Assembly: GCA_030704615.1 (NCBI GenBank)
Contig: CM060733.1
Span: 40,796,001-40,860,000 of the forward strand
Source of the DNA: Takakia lepidozioides
Lineage: Eukaryota; Plantae; Bryophyta
Length of the DNA: 64,000 nt
Direction of reading: 5' to 3'
In this document: positions 49,818-62,802 of the stretch, piece after piece
Position numbering within the stretch: the first letter of the stretch is position 1
Layout of the letters: every line of letters begins with the position of its first letter
Made by a program: the position numbers and the translations under genes
The notes under the pieces: generated by a model
What the model was told of the DNA's origin: nothing
The model's input: the letters and a program-made list of their open reading frames with translations, nothing else
The model's database searches: none

Positions 49818-52191
49818 TCAGTCTACCTCAAAGAGGTTTGCCTCTGCAATCAAGTCCTCATTCTCATCTAAGATGACTTCTTCCCTATCCAAAAACTCTT
49901 TCATGGAAGTACTAAAGCAACCAACTCTAGCATCATTTGGCCAATTCTTGACTACACTCACAAGCATATCAAGGTTTTCAATATTTAACCTGCACCGTCT
50001 CAAGTTTGTTATGACACCTGCAATACTAAAAACCCTCTCAGCTTCAATCTGAGATCCAACTATGCCCAAAATTAGCCGTGCCAAAAATCCCACATACGGA
50101 AAGAGAGACTCGTGTTCTTTCCACCATTTCAAAGGAGCCACGCACTCACCTTCATTTATCTTCGTCCTTCTGAAATGTGATAGTTGTTCTCTCACCACTG
50201 TCAATGTCATGTCTTCATTGTGGTCATGCACACCAAATAAGGACATCTCGTCCATTGTGGCAGTGGGCTGTGATTGGGCCGAAGTATCCGGATGTAAGAC
50301 CTTGAAACACTTTACCAAAAGAGGCTCTAACACCATACTATCATATTGAGACACAATATGCAAAGCACGCTCTTTGCCCACATATTGTGATACCAATGAC
50401 AACCCCTTGTAACGTGGGTCAAGCATAAGCGCGAGCATATTGTGAGCTTTGCGCGATTGAAACCCTTCCAAAAAAGAAAGAAATGGTTCCAAGACATATA
50501 CCACCTCTCGAGCCATCCGCCATTCCAACAATGTCAACTCTGTTGAGAAATCCCCCATGCAATGATCCACAGTTGCAGCCCCCCAGCACTACTTCCTCGC
50601 ATGCGAATTGTTGTGGCAATGGCTGCATTAAGAGCATCGAACAACAGCCAAAATCCCCCAGATTGATTCATAATGCACTCATGAACCACAGGCCCTAGAA
50701 CTGTAGAAATTGATTGGGCAATGGCCCACACTTGTGGACTTGGTATGCGAGATTGCAGTGCCAATGAGGTTTGCCTAGAGTAACAAGTGATTATGGCTTG
50801 CCTAAACTCCAAAGTCTCTTGGAAGAGGATCACCTTGGAAGCAAACCGTGTCTTCACCGGAGTCTTCAGTTTGCGGGGATGAATGCCGCTGTCCACACAT
50901 GCCTTTGCCCATTCTTGTCTCCCTTTGCCACTTTTTTTGGTCCAAGTAATGGTTTTTTGCAACTCTGATTGGGCATTTTTTATAGAAACCGATCTCATAT
51001 CTGCGCATACTTTTGCATCATTTGTTGCATACTGGCAACACTTGGACATTGCATGCCCAAAACAGCTACCCACAAATGGAGAATCCAACCCCAAACACGC
51101 ACATGAGACCACCGAATTCAAAGCATTGGTCAAAGTGGCCAAGTTACCTCCCTCATCTTTGACGTAAGCAATAATGCGAGTATTGAGGCCATACTTCACA
51201 AGAAGATTGTTGACTTGATGTGCCATGGCAGCCCCAGATGTGTCAGGTGTCTCAAACATGCCAAGAGTCACATGACATTGCTCCCACTGTTCATTAATAA
51301 AGTGCGCTATGATGACAAAAGTGTCAGTTCCCCCTCTTGACATCCACAAATCAAAACTCACGGAGCAAGTAGCACAACTTTGAAGAGATGGGGACATGTA
51401 GCGCTCTTTCGTCTTCTCTGCCAAGATTGGAATGGCCTCATTCATAAATGTCCGTCGAGAAGGGAAAACAATCCGAGGATTTTGCCTCAACACCATCCTT
51501 CTTAGCCAAGGGGATTCTACCAAAGACAGTGGAACCAACTCCTTTGCAATGAATAAGACTAAATCCTCATTGAACTGCTTCTGTTGATCATCATTTTGGT
51601 TGTATGGAGTGGGGCTCCTAAAAAAAAAAGCTATGTTTCCAGGAGTGGGGCCGGGCCTCTTTTTGGCTGGCCTACGGGCCTTCTCAGGTCCAAGATTTTC
51701 CCTCTCAATCCACCTACGTAAAACAATGTCATGTTCTTGATCCACATGCTTTCGAAGGGCAGAGATACCATTGGTTTTATTATAGGTCACAATGCCCTTC
51801 TTGCTTTCAGGAGTGACACCAACAGGATGACATAGAACACACCTCATTTGTTGTGGATTTGTTATGTCCACTGGAGCAGAGTCTTTTGTTGCATAGAATG
51901 CCCATGTCGAAGCAGTGCGATTGTGGGGCTTCCAAAAATCCCGTTGTTTGTCAAGTACTGGGAGCTGCGCCTCCACATCCAACACCGTGTGTGATGGCGA
52001 AACTGTGGAAGATGACATTGCAGCCGAGGCTTGATGAGCTGATGTAAATGAGGCATCATGATGAGCATCCTCCGCAACATGGCACTCCACCAAAGCTCTC
52101 TCATTATCAACATTCATGTCAGGAACAACTTCCCTTTCTAGTTCGTCGAAAATATTGGGCTCCATGACATAAAAAGCTTGTGGAACAACTC
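49818..52191 (-). pseudogene. BED-finger hAT transposase with one frameshift near 50575-50600
   Basis: BED finger (WAFY...RCVLCH...LRKHVDQEH), SFDLWMS, KDEGGN, CFGH, KTRF, and dimerisation domain (PLKWWK...SQIEAERVFSIAG). Main exon acceptor at 52191; split across ORFs 50534-52297 and 49818-50570. Confidence 0.92.
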
Positions 52192-54154
52192 CTGTGTAAA
52201 AACAATGCAAACAAAGAATCCAAAAGGCATTTAATAATTGTGCACAACTCATATATTTACAACTAAAAATGTAAACAACTAAAAAAATAAAGCTCAATGA
52301 AAGGGAGTTACAGGCGGGTAATGGTGGCTGGTTGGCAGGTCCCTCCCTACTTTGGGCTCCCTCCCTCTCATGCAGAATCTGCTATAACAGAAGCCAAAGG
52401 GGCTATCTCATCAACCCCCAATTGTATCAAGAATTAAAAAATTTTAAAGAAAGGGAAGATACTTACCAGTGATGATCAATGTGGGCTGGTTGGCGGGCCC
52501 CTCTTTGCTTGTGCTCCCTCCAATATAAAATCTACCATAATGGAGCAAGGGCTATCAGCCCCTTGCTGTATCATCAAAGAAAACAGGAAAAAAAAAAGAA
52601 AAAAAGAGAATGATGATCAATGATTACCATGGACCAAGGGGCCTGGTTGCAGGTGGGCCCTCCTTGCTCGTCCTCCTAAACTTGTGCACCACATGCCATA
52701 GCAGAAAAGGAGGAAGCTGATTAGCTTCATGGTGAACTAAAGCTAAAAACAGTAAAATAACCAAAAGTGGTGGATGCTTACCAACGTCACTAACTCTACT
52801 TGCTACAGCATTGACATCCACTCGATTGCTTAGATCATTCTCTTTTGAAAAGCCCTCTTCAGTAGCTGAACAGCACTTGGAGACGACTGGATGACTAAAT
52901 CACTGACAACCAAGACCAGATTGACTTTCAAGTGAAGACAGCCAGAATGCAGTGCCACGTGGAGTAGCCAGAAACTATGAACGAGAGAGCCCCTGAAGGA
53001 GAGGATGGAAGAAACGGGGGGATGGCTGCTCACATACCTCCTCTCGCCAGTCAACATTGTTCAAGATTCCCTGACACACAGCGAAAAGAGGAACACCCTC
53101 GTACAAAACCTGTATAAGCACCTTATTCAGCTCCACCTGCAGCTATCCTACCATCCCACAATACAACTTCTTGGAAATGAACAGTGCGGAGACCCCTCAC
53201 AACAGGGTGAAAATCAATTCTGCCAATACAATAACCCACAGAATGGTGAACAAAAGAAAAGGGGGTTACCTCACTCGTTGCAAAACCTGGGTAAATCTGG
53301 AAGGAGCTCACTGAGTGCCCGTGGTTCAAACACATTTCCCGAAAGTATGTGTGCACCTGCCACATATACAGGAACAGTCAGGCGCCGAGGTTCTGTATAA
53401 ATCTCTATTGCACGATGAACAACATTGATCATGGCAATAGACACTGAGGCAAGGAAGCAACCTACTGTCATTACGCCCCAACCAACTTGCTATCCATTAT
53501 GTGCTGCAAAAGTACAGATTGGTCATACAAAGCTAGCCTGGCTGTCATCCAGATTGTACAACTAAGCACCGTACAAGAGAGGGGCAGAAGCTGACCTCTT
53601 TCTGGGTTAATTCTTCTCGGTTGGTCTGAATTCATCTAGATTATGTAGCTAGCACAGAAGCGAAGAAGTGGCAAATTTGTTGACCAACTACAGCGCGAGG
53701 TGCAAACCTGCAGAATCTATCTCATTGTACAACCGATTTGATCTTCGGGGAGCAGCAGCAGTTGTTGGTCTATTTCTTCGCTGCTCCAATATATTGTCCA
53801 GGTGACTCGATGTGGGCCATTCTGCACTTGCGCTGTCTGAGTCAATACACTTGTCTTGCTGCTCGCTCTAGATAAGCAAATTACTCATAGGGCCCTCGTT
53901 CTGAACAGCACATGGGTAAGCGCATTGATCTTTCGTGTTATGATGCAGGGGCATGCTCTCCGAGGTGGGATTAATCAGAACAGGAAGGTGAAGAGGGACA
54001 GGGAGGGGGTTCTGGAAGGCTAAGCTGCATCATCAACTTGCACTGGCCTATTAACCAGGATTAGCCATGCCAGACACAGACCCTGCCTGCAGGGGGGCCT
54101 TTCCCTCAGAGAGGGCGTACCTCACGCTGGTGAAGCCACGAGAGAAACAAGAGA

Positions 54155-55505
54155 TTGTACTCATAAGACGTTGTTTGCCGTAGCCTTGTGGCCATTGACC
54201 CCGCGCCCAGTTTGAGCGGGAACAAAAGGAACAGAACCTACCTCCGTCAGGGGCTGACGTTGGTAGTAAGACTTACCATCGTATAAGGAATTAGTCCGGG
54301 TTTTCCAGATATCCTCTAGAAAACCCTTCACACAAGCATCAATCTGCTGTGTGTGATTTGCCCAAAAACTAGGCCTCAGGAGGGCCTGGGCTTTTGGCTC
54401 AGCCTCGAGACTTTCAAAGTTGGTAAACAGGGGTACAGGCACAATTCCCTTGATAAAATTGAAGAGAGCCTCTCTTTGGTGAGAGAACCCCGGACAGCGT
54501 ATCAGAAAATGAATACTGTCTTCAGATTGCCCACAGAACGGACAATTGCACTCTCCCTTTCCTCTCTGCTTCTGTTTGCTGTTCAAAGGTAGGCTTCCTG
54601 CCCTGAGTTTAAATTTCAGTCTAGTGCCGAGAGTGGGTAGACCCTTGAGGTCATCCAAGATGTCCACCCCCATGTCACTGACTGGAAACAAGTTCAGGGA
54701 AGTTCTCTGCCTAACTTCATTTTCATCAGACAATCTCATGGCAACAGACATGGCCTCAGACACTACAGCCTCTAAGGCAGATTTATCCAACAGGGTCAAG
54801 ACTTGCGGATCCAGATCCAGGTCCTTGAGAATCTTTTCTACTCTCTTCTGCCAGGACTTAGCCTGTTTGACAGGGCGGTCTTGTTTCCAAGATATAGAGT
54901 CGATCAACTTAGGATATCTGGTGTTGGGCATATGTTGCAGCTGACCCCACCATCTGACCTTGAATTCATCTCGTCGGGAGCTTAAGGATGGAATGCCAAA
55001 CTCACCCCGAACAGCCACATTGGCTGTTTTGGAGCATGCTGACATACACTCCTTAAGCACCCCCACTTGAATGGATTCTAGAGACTTAGCCTGGTTGGAG
55101 TTATCAACCCATATAGCAGATCCGTACTCCAAGGCAGGTCTAATAACGCGACAAAGCATGGTTTTCTTAACCTCAGAGGTGACCCCTCTGCAGTGGAAAA
55201 ATTTAGTGAGCCCCAGAGCTTTGCCCTTGCCAGTTTGAACAACTTTCCGGATATGTGCATCCTAACTACAAACGGAGGAAAACTCAACGCCCAGGTAAGT
55301 GTAGGAAGGGAGGACCGGGATCTCTTGGCTACCCCACTGCCACAAGATCACTTCCTCCCTCTCCTCTGTCGTTGAATGCTACCACTGCACATTTGCTGAC
55401 ATCCAGGAAAAAAACATAAGTGGGTTTCCCTTCTTTTTTCCTTCCCTGAATAATCTGGCTTAGAGTGAAGATATGATCCACACAGCCCTTGTTTTGCCGA
55501 AAGCC
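54155..55505 (-). mobile_element. 5'-truncated non-LTR retrotransposon (RTEX-like LINE) nested in the hAT element
   Basis: GFRQNKGCVDHIFTL, FFLDVSK, RPALEYGSAIW, AVRGEFG, KFKLRAG, CPFC...EDSIHFLIRC. 16-bp TSD cgagagaaacaagaga (54139-54154 and 55519-55534). Central RT deleted. Confidence 0.9.
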
Positions 55506-56974
55506 GAGAGAAACAAGCCGAGAGAAACAAGAGAAAAGAGAAGAGAGAGAAGGTAAGCTGCGAGAGAGGAGGGAGAAACTAAGGAGGCCAACCACCAGAG
55601 GGCCTGTAGGATACGGTAGAACTTGAACCAAAACCATCACTGTTTTAGGGGGTGTGGGAGCCAAGGAGCTCACGAGAGAGAGGAAAGAGACTGGTGTGTG
55701 CATTTGTGTCTTAGGGTGCGGAAAACCTCATGTAAAGAATCCGTTTATCCTCATAAGAAATTGCCCTTGCATTCACTCCATACATATATGCATCGTGAAA
55801 ATGGAGGAGAGAGACTGAATGACAAGTTATATACGCTTCGAGACAGTCTGAGCAGAAGTATTACCCGGCACTGTTCTGGCACTCTCCCCGCCATGCCTTC
55901 GTTCCGTTTTCCTTTGCTTCTTCCTGAATCCGGTCGAGTTGAATCACGACCCCACCAATGTATTACACAACACAAGCGTCCGACACGGATTCTCTCCTAA
56001 GCTGCTTCTACCAGAATCCACATTACTGTAATCAGGCATACAGCGTGAAACATATCATACTCCCGCTCTCCCCTTCCCTGCCTTGTTTCTCCTGAAACAA
56101 AGTAGAAACGTTGTGACCCAAACAAATCACACGCCCCTCCCACACTTCCATCTCTCCCCTGTCCGATCCTTCAACGCAGACGCATGCTACAAAGCCCGAA
56201 TTCACAGTGAGATGGAGATGGCAAGCCAATGATGTGGCCTTCTGGGACTATTGCAGCACTACGGCGTGGCCGATTACCTTCCGCTTCGCCGCATCATGAA
56301 CCGCGCACGTAGAGACACTTAGGGCTACACAACCGGAACCGGAACCGGAACCCTAAACCCCAAACCCGGTTCCCACACATGTGGTCGTAGCTGGAACCGC
56401 CGGTTCCGGTTCCCACACAATCCTGGATTTCCGGTTCCGGTTCCGGTTCCGGTTCTGCGCAGTCGGGTCCGGTTCCGGTCCGGTTCCACATAACCGGAAC
56501 CGGAACCGGCGGTTACCCGGCCCAGGCGAGTAACCGCCCAACACTGGTTGTGACGCTTATATTCACATTCCTGAAGTACTTCGTAAAAAACTTAAAGCTA
56601 AGAACAAGAGAAATATTTCTTGGGTATATTGTTGAAAGTAAGGCTAAATTTTGTGTTTGGAATAGAGCAATACATCAAGTTGTTAATATTGTTCGAGATG
56701 TTTTTTTTTTAATGGTCTTCTCATGTGCCACAATGTCCATATGTGAATTATGTCAACATTCGTCTTATACTACTTGGAGCATAATATCATCCAACTGTAG
56801 AAGAAGTTGTGCACAATCATAGCAATGATATTGTAGATCCACAATCACCAGAGTTGGTTGTAGAGTTACACAACCCAAATGTGTAGAATTATGAGGTATA
56901 AAATTTACAATGGTATTTCATAAAGATTGCAGGAACACATAAGGTGTCTCGATTGGCCATCCCTTTACAAAGGA

Positions 56975-57035
56975 GGGGAGGTAGCAAGATTTGAGCCCCA
57001 AACCACTAGGGTGAAACATAGTGCTCTACCCCAGA
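56975..57035 (-). mobile_element. Decayed SINE tRNA-like head
   Basis: Reverse complement ggtagagcact...ggggctcaaatcttgctac matches ggggtcaaatcttgctac in the SINE at 18661. Confidence 0.5.
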
Positions 57036-58072
57036 CAAGGTGGTGTAGCTCATAAGTGCTTGAAATTACCTGCACAACGATCGTTCCTCTAAAATGAAGG
57101 GGATTGGACCGGCCAATAGGGAGGGATGATTGGCCTGTTGGAATGGGTGATTGGCGAGGACATGTGTAGAGGAGGACGACGAGGCAGCGACAGGCTCTAG
57201 AACATTCGAGAATTAGTAGGAGTGAGGTGGTGGGTTGTAGAGGGATCTGGAAATGTTGGGATGAGCTGCTGGAGTGGTGCCAGTAGCAAAGGACGGTGGG
57301 GCAGTGAGTGACGAGTGGTGCCGCCTACGGTGGGCCCACTCACTAGCGCTTGCTAATAATAGACCCTAGCGCTTACAAAATATCATAAAATAATGCCCAG
57401 ACGGGAATCAGTTCTTTAGCAATAATAGAACTACCGAATCAAGGATCAACTAGGAGACACTTGTCAGGTTCCAAGGCCAACCAATATTCATCCACAGCGT
57501 ACAAAGGATGGGTTCATTGTTCATTCGTATACATATAATCGTTAACAAACGCAAAGGTAGATGGTCTCTACTTCCGTTTGTAAAAGGCAAGTAAACAAAA
57601 CGAATAATACATGTGGCCCGGTCAAAGGCTGCCGTGCGTCTGAGTCAACAGCCGCTGCCCACGTTTTGAACACACGAGACGAGAGACGAGGTGACGATGC
57701 GAGACACACAACTTCATTGAATGGTTGACTTCAATAGCTAAAGGAGGAACCCTGGAGCTGGAGAGAGAGAGCGAGAGAGTTGAAGGATTGCAGCTGGGAA
57801 CGAGAGAGAGAAAGGTGCACATGAAGATCGGCAGATTGTGTCATATTCATGGTGTGAGATCGGGGTGAGATCTTGAATCTCCACTTGAGAAGACCTCGAG
57901 GATAGTCAGAAAGAAGACAGATAGAGGGACAGGCTAGCTAAGTGAGAGCTAAGTACTAGAATTCTGAAGACAAAATCATCAGCTGGCAAACCACTGAATA
58001 TTCGGATATTACGACATAGTGTCCGGCCAGTTCTTGAGATATAATTACTGCAGCTCTAGGAAGAAAGGAGCA

Positions 58073-61000
58073 ATGGGGAAACTTGTAACCTACTTTAAAG
58101 GCACACCTGGACCCAGCGGCTTTGGCTCCGCCTCCACGGCTATGGATGTGACCGAGGGCCTCTCGTTGGACTCACACACTGCCATCGTCACAGGTGACAT
58201 CGGGTTTTGTCTAAATGTCGGTGTTGGGTTTTGATCGACGTTTTGAGCTCTCATTGAGACGAAGTTAGATCTCAAAATTGGGAATAGTAGTATCCACAAA
58301 CTTGTAACTAGGCCACAGGAGCTAGAGGAAGTGTTCTCTTGGTCGAAATGCCAGAGGCCTGCACACTGTGGTCAAAGGTGTCCTCATGCAATTTTCAGAC
58401 AACGACAATGATCTATTTTCGGCCTTGCTAAGGTATTTCGGGTCGCAAGCTGCTAAGATGTTTTGGGGGTGATGGATTGGCAGGTGCAACCGCTGGCATT
58501 GGCAAAGAGACGGCAAGGGCACTAGCAAAGAGAGGGGCGAGAGTGGTCCTTGCTACTATAGATTTGAGATTAGGAGAGGAAGTGAAGGCAGAATTTTTGG
58601 AGGAAAATACGAAGGCGCGCGTCGAGGTCATACAGGTCGACCTGAGCAATTTGTCTTCAGTTCGAAAATTCGCTGCTGAATTTAAGGCTCGCAATTTACC
58701 CCTTAACATTCTTGTGTAAGTTGATCACGTTGTGTTGTGAGACCTGAGAGGAAAGGTGATCCCGTGTTTCATTTTTTTCATAGAACTTACAAGCCCGAAC
58801 GTTGCATTTCTGGTTATCAGTTCTCAATATTGCCCAGGGAAACCAGACAGAGAGCTTTCAGAATGAGAAGAGGGAGAGCTCTCTAGAAAGATATAAAACC
58901 AACCTTCATAACGCCACTACCTTTGTGAGGGGCGCAGGTTCTCTGGACACTGACCGCAAGTGATGTAATCAATTAGTTCGGGTTTGCCTTATTTCCGAGC
59001 CAGAAAGCCCTTCACACAAGCATCAATCTGCTGCGTGTGAGCTACCCAGCATCCTCCATGCATTTAGACCCTAACGAGGCCAGGGTTTTAGGCTCAGCCT
59101 TGAGAGTTCGAAAGTCGGTGAACTGAGGGACTATGTTCTCAAGGTGGTTCTGAAGAGGGTCGCTCTCTCATGAGAGTACCCCCGACATTGTATCAGAAAA
59201 TGTCAGGCCGCCCACACATCGGGCATTAGTTAACAATCTCGAGCTTTCGTCCGCACAATGTTTTGGCTATCCTCTCTGCATCTGTTTTTTTGTTTAAAGG
59301 TAGACTCCAGGTTGCCCCTAGTTTAAATTTCAGTCTGGTGCCAAGGGTAGGTAGGCCCTTCAGTCACCCTAAAGATCCGAGCTCACCCATGTCACAAACT
59401 GGAAAGAGAGAAGATTTATGCCTAGCACTTCGTTTTGTTCCCGAGACACTTCTCGTGCTTCCGACATGGTCTTAGACACTTCAGCTCAGCTTCATCTAGC
59501 AGGGTGAGTTCTTCCTGCCTAATATTGTCTTAGGGGGGGTCTAGTATTAGGCATGCTATTCAACTGACCCTATCTAACACTGACCCACCATCTGACTTTG
59601 AACTCATGACGTGTACACCTTGAAGGCGGTACGCCAAACTTGCCCCTTAACAGCTGTTCTAGAGCACGCTGACATGAGCTTGAAAGTTGAATTCATGGAT
59701 CTCTAAAGTTTTAGCATGGACCTTGGAGTTGCCCTCCCACACGGCAGATGCGTACCCCAAGGTATGCCTAATTGTAACTTCAGTATAAATCCGTCTGCAG
59801 TAGAAAAATTGAGCAAAGCTGTGCGTTGAGCTGTTTGAACCACTAATTCCTGTATATGCGCATGCCAGTGATTACTGTCCATGTAGGAAAACTGAACACC
59901 AAGATATGTGCACGAAGGGAGCACCAATCTCGGCCCAGATCCCCTCCCTCCTCCTCCCCTCCCACGATCATTGAAATCCTGCACCACAGCAAATTTTCTA
60001 ATGGCTAATAATTAATACGGTGACAGAGTGAGAGGACCCGGCTAATAGTAGGATGCTCTTGTCCTCATCACGATGCTGTATTGATCCCCACTGATGAATC
60101 TTCGAAGTTTCCAAGGATGTATATGATTCGACACAAGGGACCCGAGGATCTAGGGGACAGGTACAGGTGACCTTCCCCGTCAAACAATATGACGGGTTGC
60201 GTTATGCCTGGCAATTGAGTCAAGTTGTTCTAGGTCTCAGGAAGAATTTGACGAGAGGCTGTTGTCCTGTCATTTCTACATGCAGAAACAATGCAGGAAT
60301 TAGCTCCATGAAAGAGCACCAGTCTACTCCAGAAGGCCTGGAGTTGATGTTTGCCACCAACTCTTTGGGTTGGTTCTCATGCCCTAATGATTTCCAGATA
60401 GCGAGAGTCTGAACATCTTGAATATAGAACATAGAATGTGATCTTATTCTCAATTTTTGGGTAAATATATACCCTCTGCCCCCTTTCTGTTTGGTCAGCC
60501 ACAGCTAGCTTGTATCAGGAGCCTAAGTTACACGGGCTTTACATTGAACCCACGAGCGCCCAACTTTGTGTCATTATTCGGACTGGAATGTGAAGACTGG
60601 TATTCTGAGACTTCGATGTTTCAAGGGGGACTGATTAGTGGGTATAGAATCCACTGATGAAGGTGGGGACATCGTATCTGTGATGCATGCAGGTCACTTT
60701 TTGTTGACAGACTTGCTGCTGGACACCATGAAGACCACTGCCACGCAGACTGGAATTCAGGGCCGCATTGTTGTAGTATCAGGGGCCCTCTATACATGCA
60801 CTTACGAGGGCGGGATAGCATTTGACAAACTAATCAACTCAAAAGAGTAAGATAATATCTGTCCCCTGAGGTGGTTGTTATTAAACACACCCATCGTTTC
60901 CCATCCCCAGTTGACCTGCTTTTCTCCACAACTACTGATTGATTGATTAATTATTGATTTTGTCCATCTTTTGAAAGTCGCCTTCTAACAGCAGCAGCTG

Positions 61001-62802
61001 AGTTAGTGGGATATGCTGTTTGAAGAATATATGGATTTAGGGGATATGGTCAAACAAAGCTTGCCAACATCCTTCATTGTCAGGAGCTCTCACGACGTCT
61101 CCAGGTCTCTCTCTCTCTCTCGCTCTCTTTTCATGAATGTTAAATTGCGTAGTTACTTTCTCATCTTCTCTCCTCCTTCTCTCCCTTTTACTGTGCGGTG
61201 TGACAGGCAGTTATTTTTGTCATGCCTTTAGGAAGCTTGAGAGCCAAAATCCAGCACTCTATGACCCTCACCTGTGCATCATCTCTAGAGAAATTTCTGC
61301 TGTGCTTCATACCTTAGTGTGGGGAAACTACTCACGGGGTGAATGGCCCACACTGCACACTCAAGGGTCGTCATAGCTCATAGTACATGAGTGGACGCAT
61401 GTTCCTGTCACTGATCTACGGCACAAGACTCTCTGTCAGTTTTTGCTATATACTGCCTTAGTCTATGTCGGCCCCCCGTTCTATCTCCTGAATGGTCGTT
61501 GATATTCTGGTGGGTGGTTCATCGATGGGGAATGTAGTATCATGGCACCTGATAGTCGTTGGCATCACTGGTCAGTCATGAGTCTGTTGCTTGTCTCCAC
61601 TGGACAGGAAGAAGGAACCAAGAATATAGCTGTCAACACTCTCCACCCGGGGGCTATTAGAACCAAGCTCACACAACTGGACGGTCTAGTAGGGTATATC
61701 GGTAAGTCAAGTCTCCTTTCGCCTCCATCATAAACTCAGAGCAAAGTGGGTGCTGATTGAGTTGATCAAGTGTAAAATGTGAAGAATGGGAGTTAGATCT
61801 GTTCCTTCAAGATTCCCCTTTCTTCCCTGGCCCGGAGGTTATTGCCTAACCAGGAAAGGTTCAACTTCCGTGGATCTGGCTCCCATCTGGCTATGGTTTT
61901 GGTGTTGCAAAGCATAAAACTTAACAATCATGGATCTTTGTACAGAGTGTGACTCGCCTCCAAGGAAAGGGCAATGGATATAGCTAAAAGTTACAGTGTA
62001 TTGGAGAGAATCTTCAGTCTTCCCCAGATTTGATAGAGGACTTCGGAGATGTGCATAATGTTGCGAATATCCGAGCTGCTGGTCATTGCCTGGCCCGCAG
62101 GGGAGGCTGGCCGGGATGAAAAGTGCGACTAGATTTCTCAGAAAAACCATGGCCACAGCATTCGGTGAAGGCGGAACTTTACAGATGAATGAACTCTGCA
62201 TTTCTGCGTCCAGCTCAGGCTTTGGGGGTTGATCTGACACAATAGTTTATGTGATGTGAACAGAGTCACGTCTGCCCAATTTCCTGTTCAAGACAGCTCA
62301 GCAGGTATAGTCCCTGACTCCCGGTTGTGAGAATTGGCCACATGAATATCCACTCAGTATAGTTTGCGAATTATTAGACTACATATGTTCGCTGAGCTAG
62401 ATATCTCATCTCAAGAATACGACTTTAAGACTTTAATAGATCATATGGAGCTGAGGGAGAAAGACGATGACGCTGGCCTGAGCTCAGGCAGTCTAAGCAA
62501 AGCGAATTTGCACCCAAGATCACTCGGGTGCATTGATCTACGCTCCCCTCCTCAACGATTTGAAACAATGGCCAAAGACATCTGTGAGTAGACCTGCAGT
62601 TTTTGACAATCACTTGTGATGTCGGTGGTCATGGCAGGGTGCAGCCACCCAAACGTATCTTGCAGTACACCCGAACGTGGAGGGTGTGTCTGGAAAGTAC
62701 TTCATAGATTGCAATGAGACGCCATTGAGCGGGCACGCATTGGACGTGAAATTGGCCGATAGGCTTCGGAAGTGGAGCGAGGACTACATCAGCACTCATT
62801 GA
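58073..62802 (+). CDS. TIC32: Short-chain dehydrogenase/reductase, TIC32 / retinol-dehydrogenase-like; 8 exons
   Basis: Exons 58073-58193, 58484-58715, 60286-60368, 60693-60846, 61026-61104, 61608-61701, 62264-62304, 62638-62802. Motifs GPSGFGSASTA, TGATAGIG, LNILVNNAG, FATNSLGHFLLT, YGQTK (YxxxK), LHPGAIRT, QGAATQTYLAVHP..GVSGKYF.DCN. Confidence 0.93.
58900..59995 (-). mobile_element. Decayed copy of the same RTEX-like LINE (SDR intron 2)
   Basis: Colinear with 54160-55390: aagcccttcacacaagcatcaatctgctg, agtttaaatttcagtctggtgcc, caccatctgac, gcagtagaaaaatt; TYLGVQF motif. Confidence 0.85.

Larger units (their letters stand above)
49085..56546 (-). mobile_element. hAT DNA transposon, complete ends, 7462 bp
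   Basis: Perfect 15-bp TIR CAGTGTTGGGCGGTT / AACCGCCCAACACTG; perfect 8-bp TSD gttgtgac (49077-49084 and 56547-56554); (GGTTCC)n subterminal repeats at both ends. Confidence 0.97.

Noticed and set aside
56294-56544. EPEPEP / RNRNRN repeat proteins
   Set aside because: These are translations of the hAT subterminal (GGTTCC)n repeats.
58073-62802. ABA2 xanthoxin dehydrogenase orthologue
   Set aside because: Motifs (GPSGF, FATNxLGHFLLT, QGAAT) are TIC32/RDH-type, not ABA2-type.
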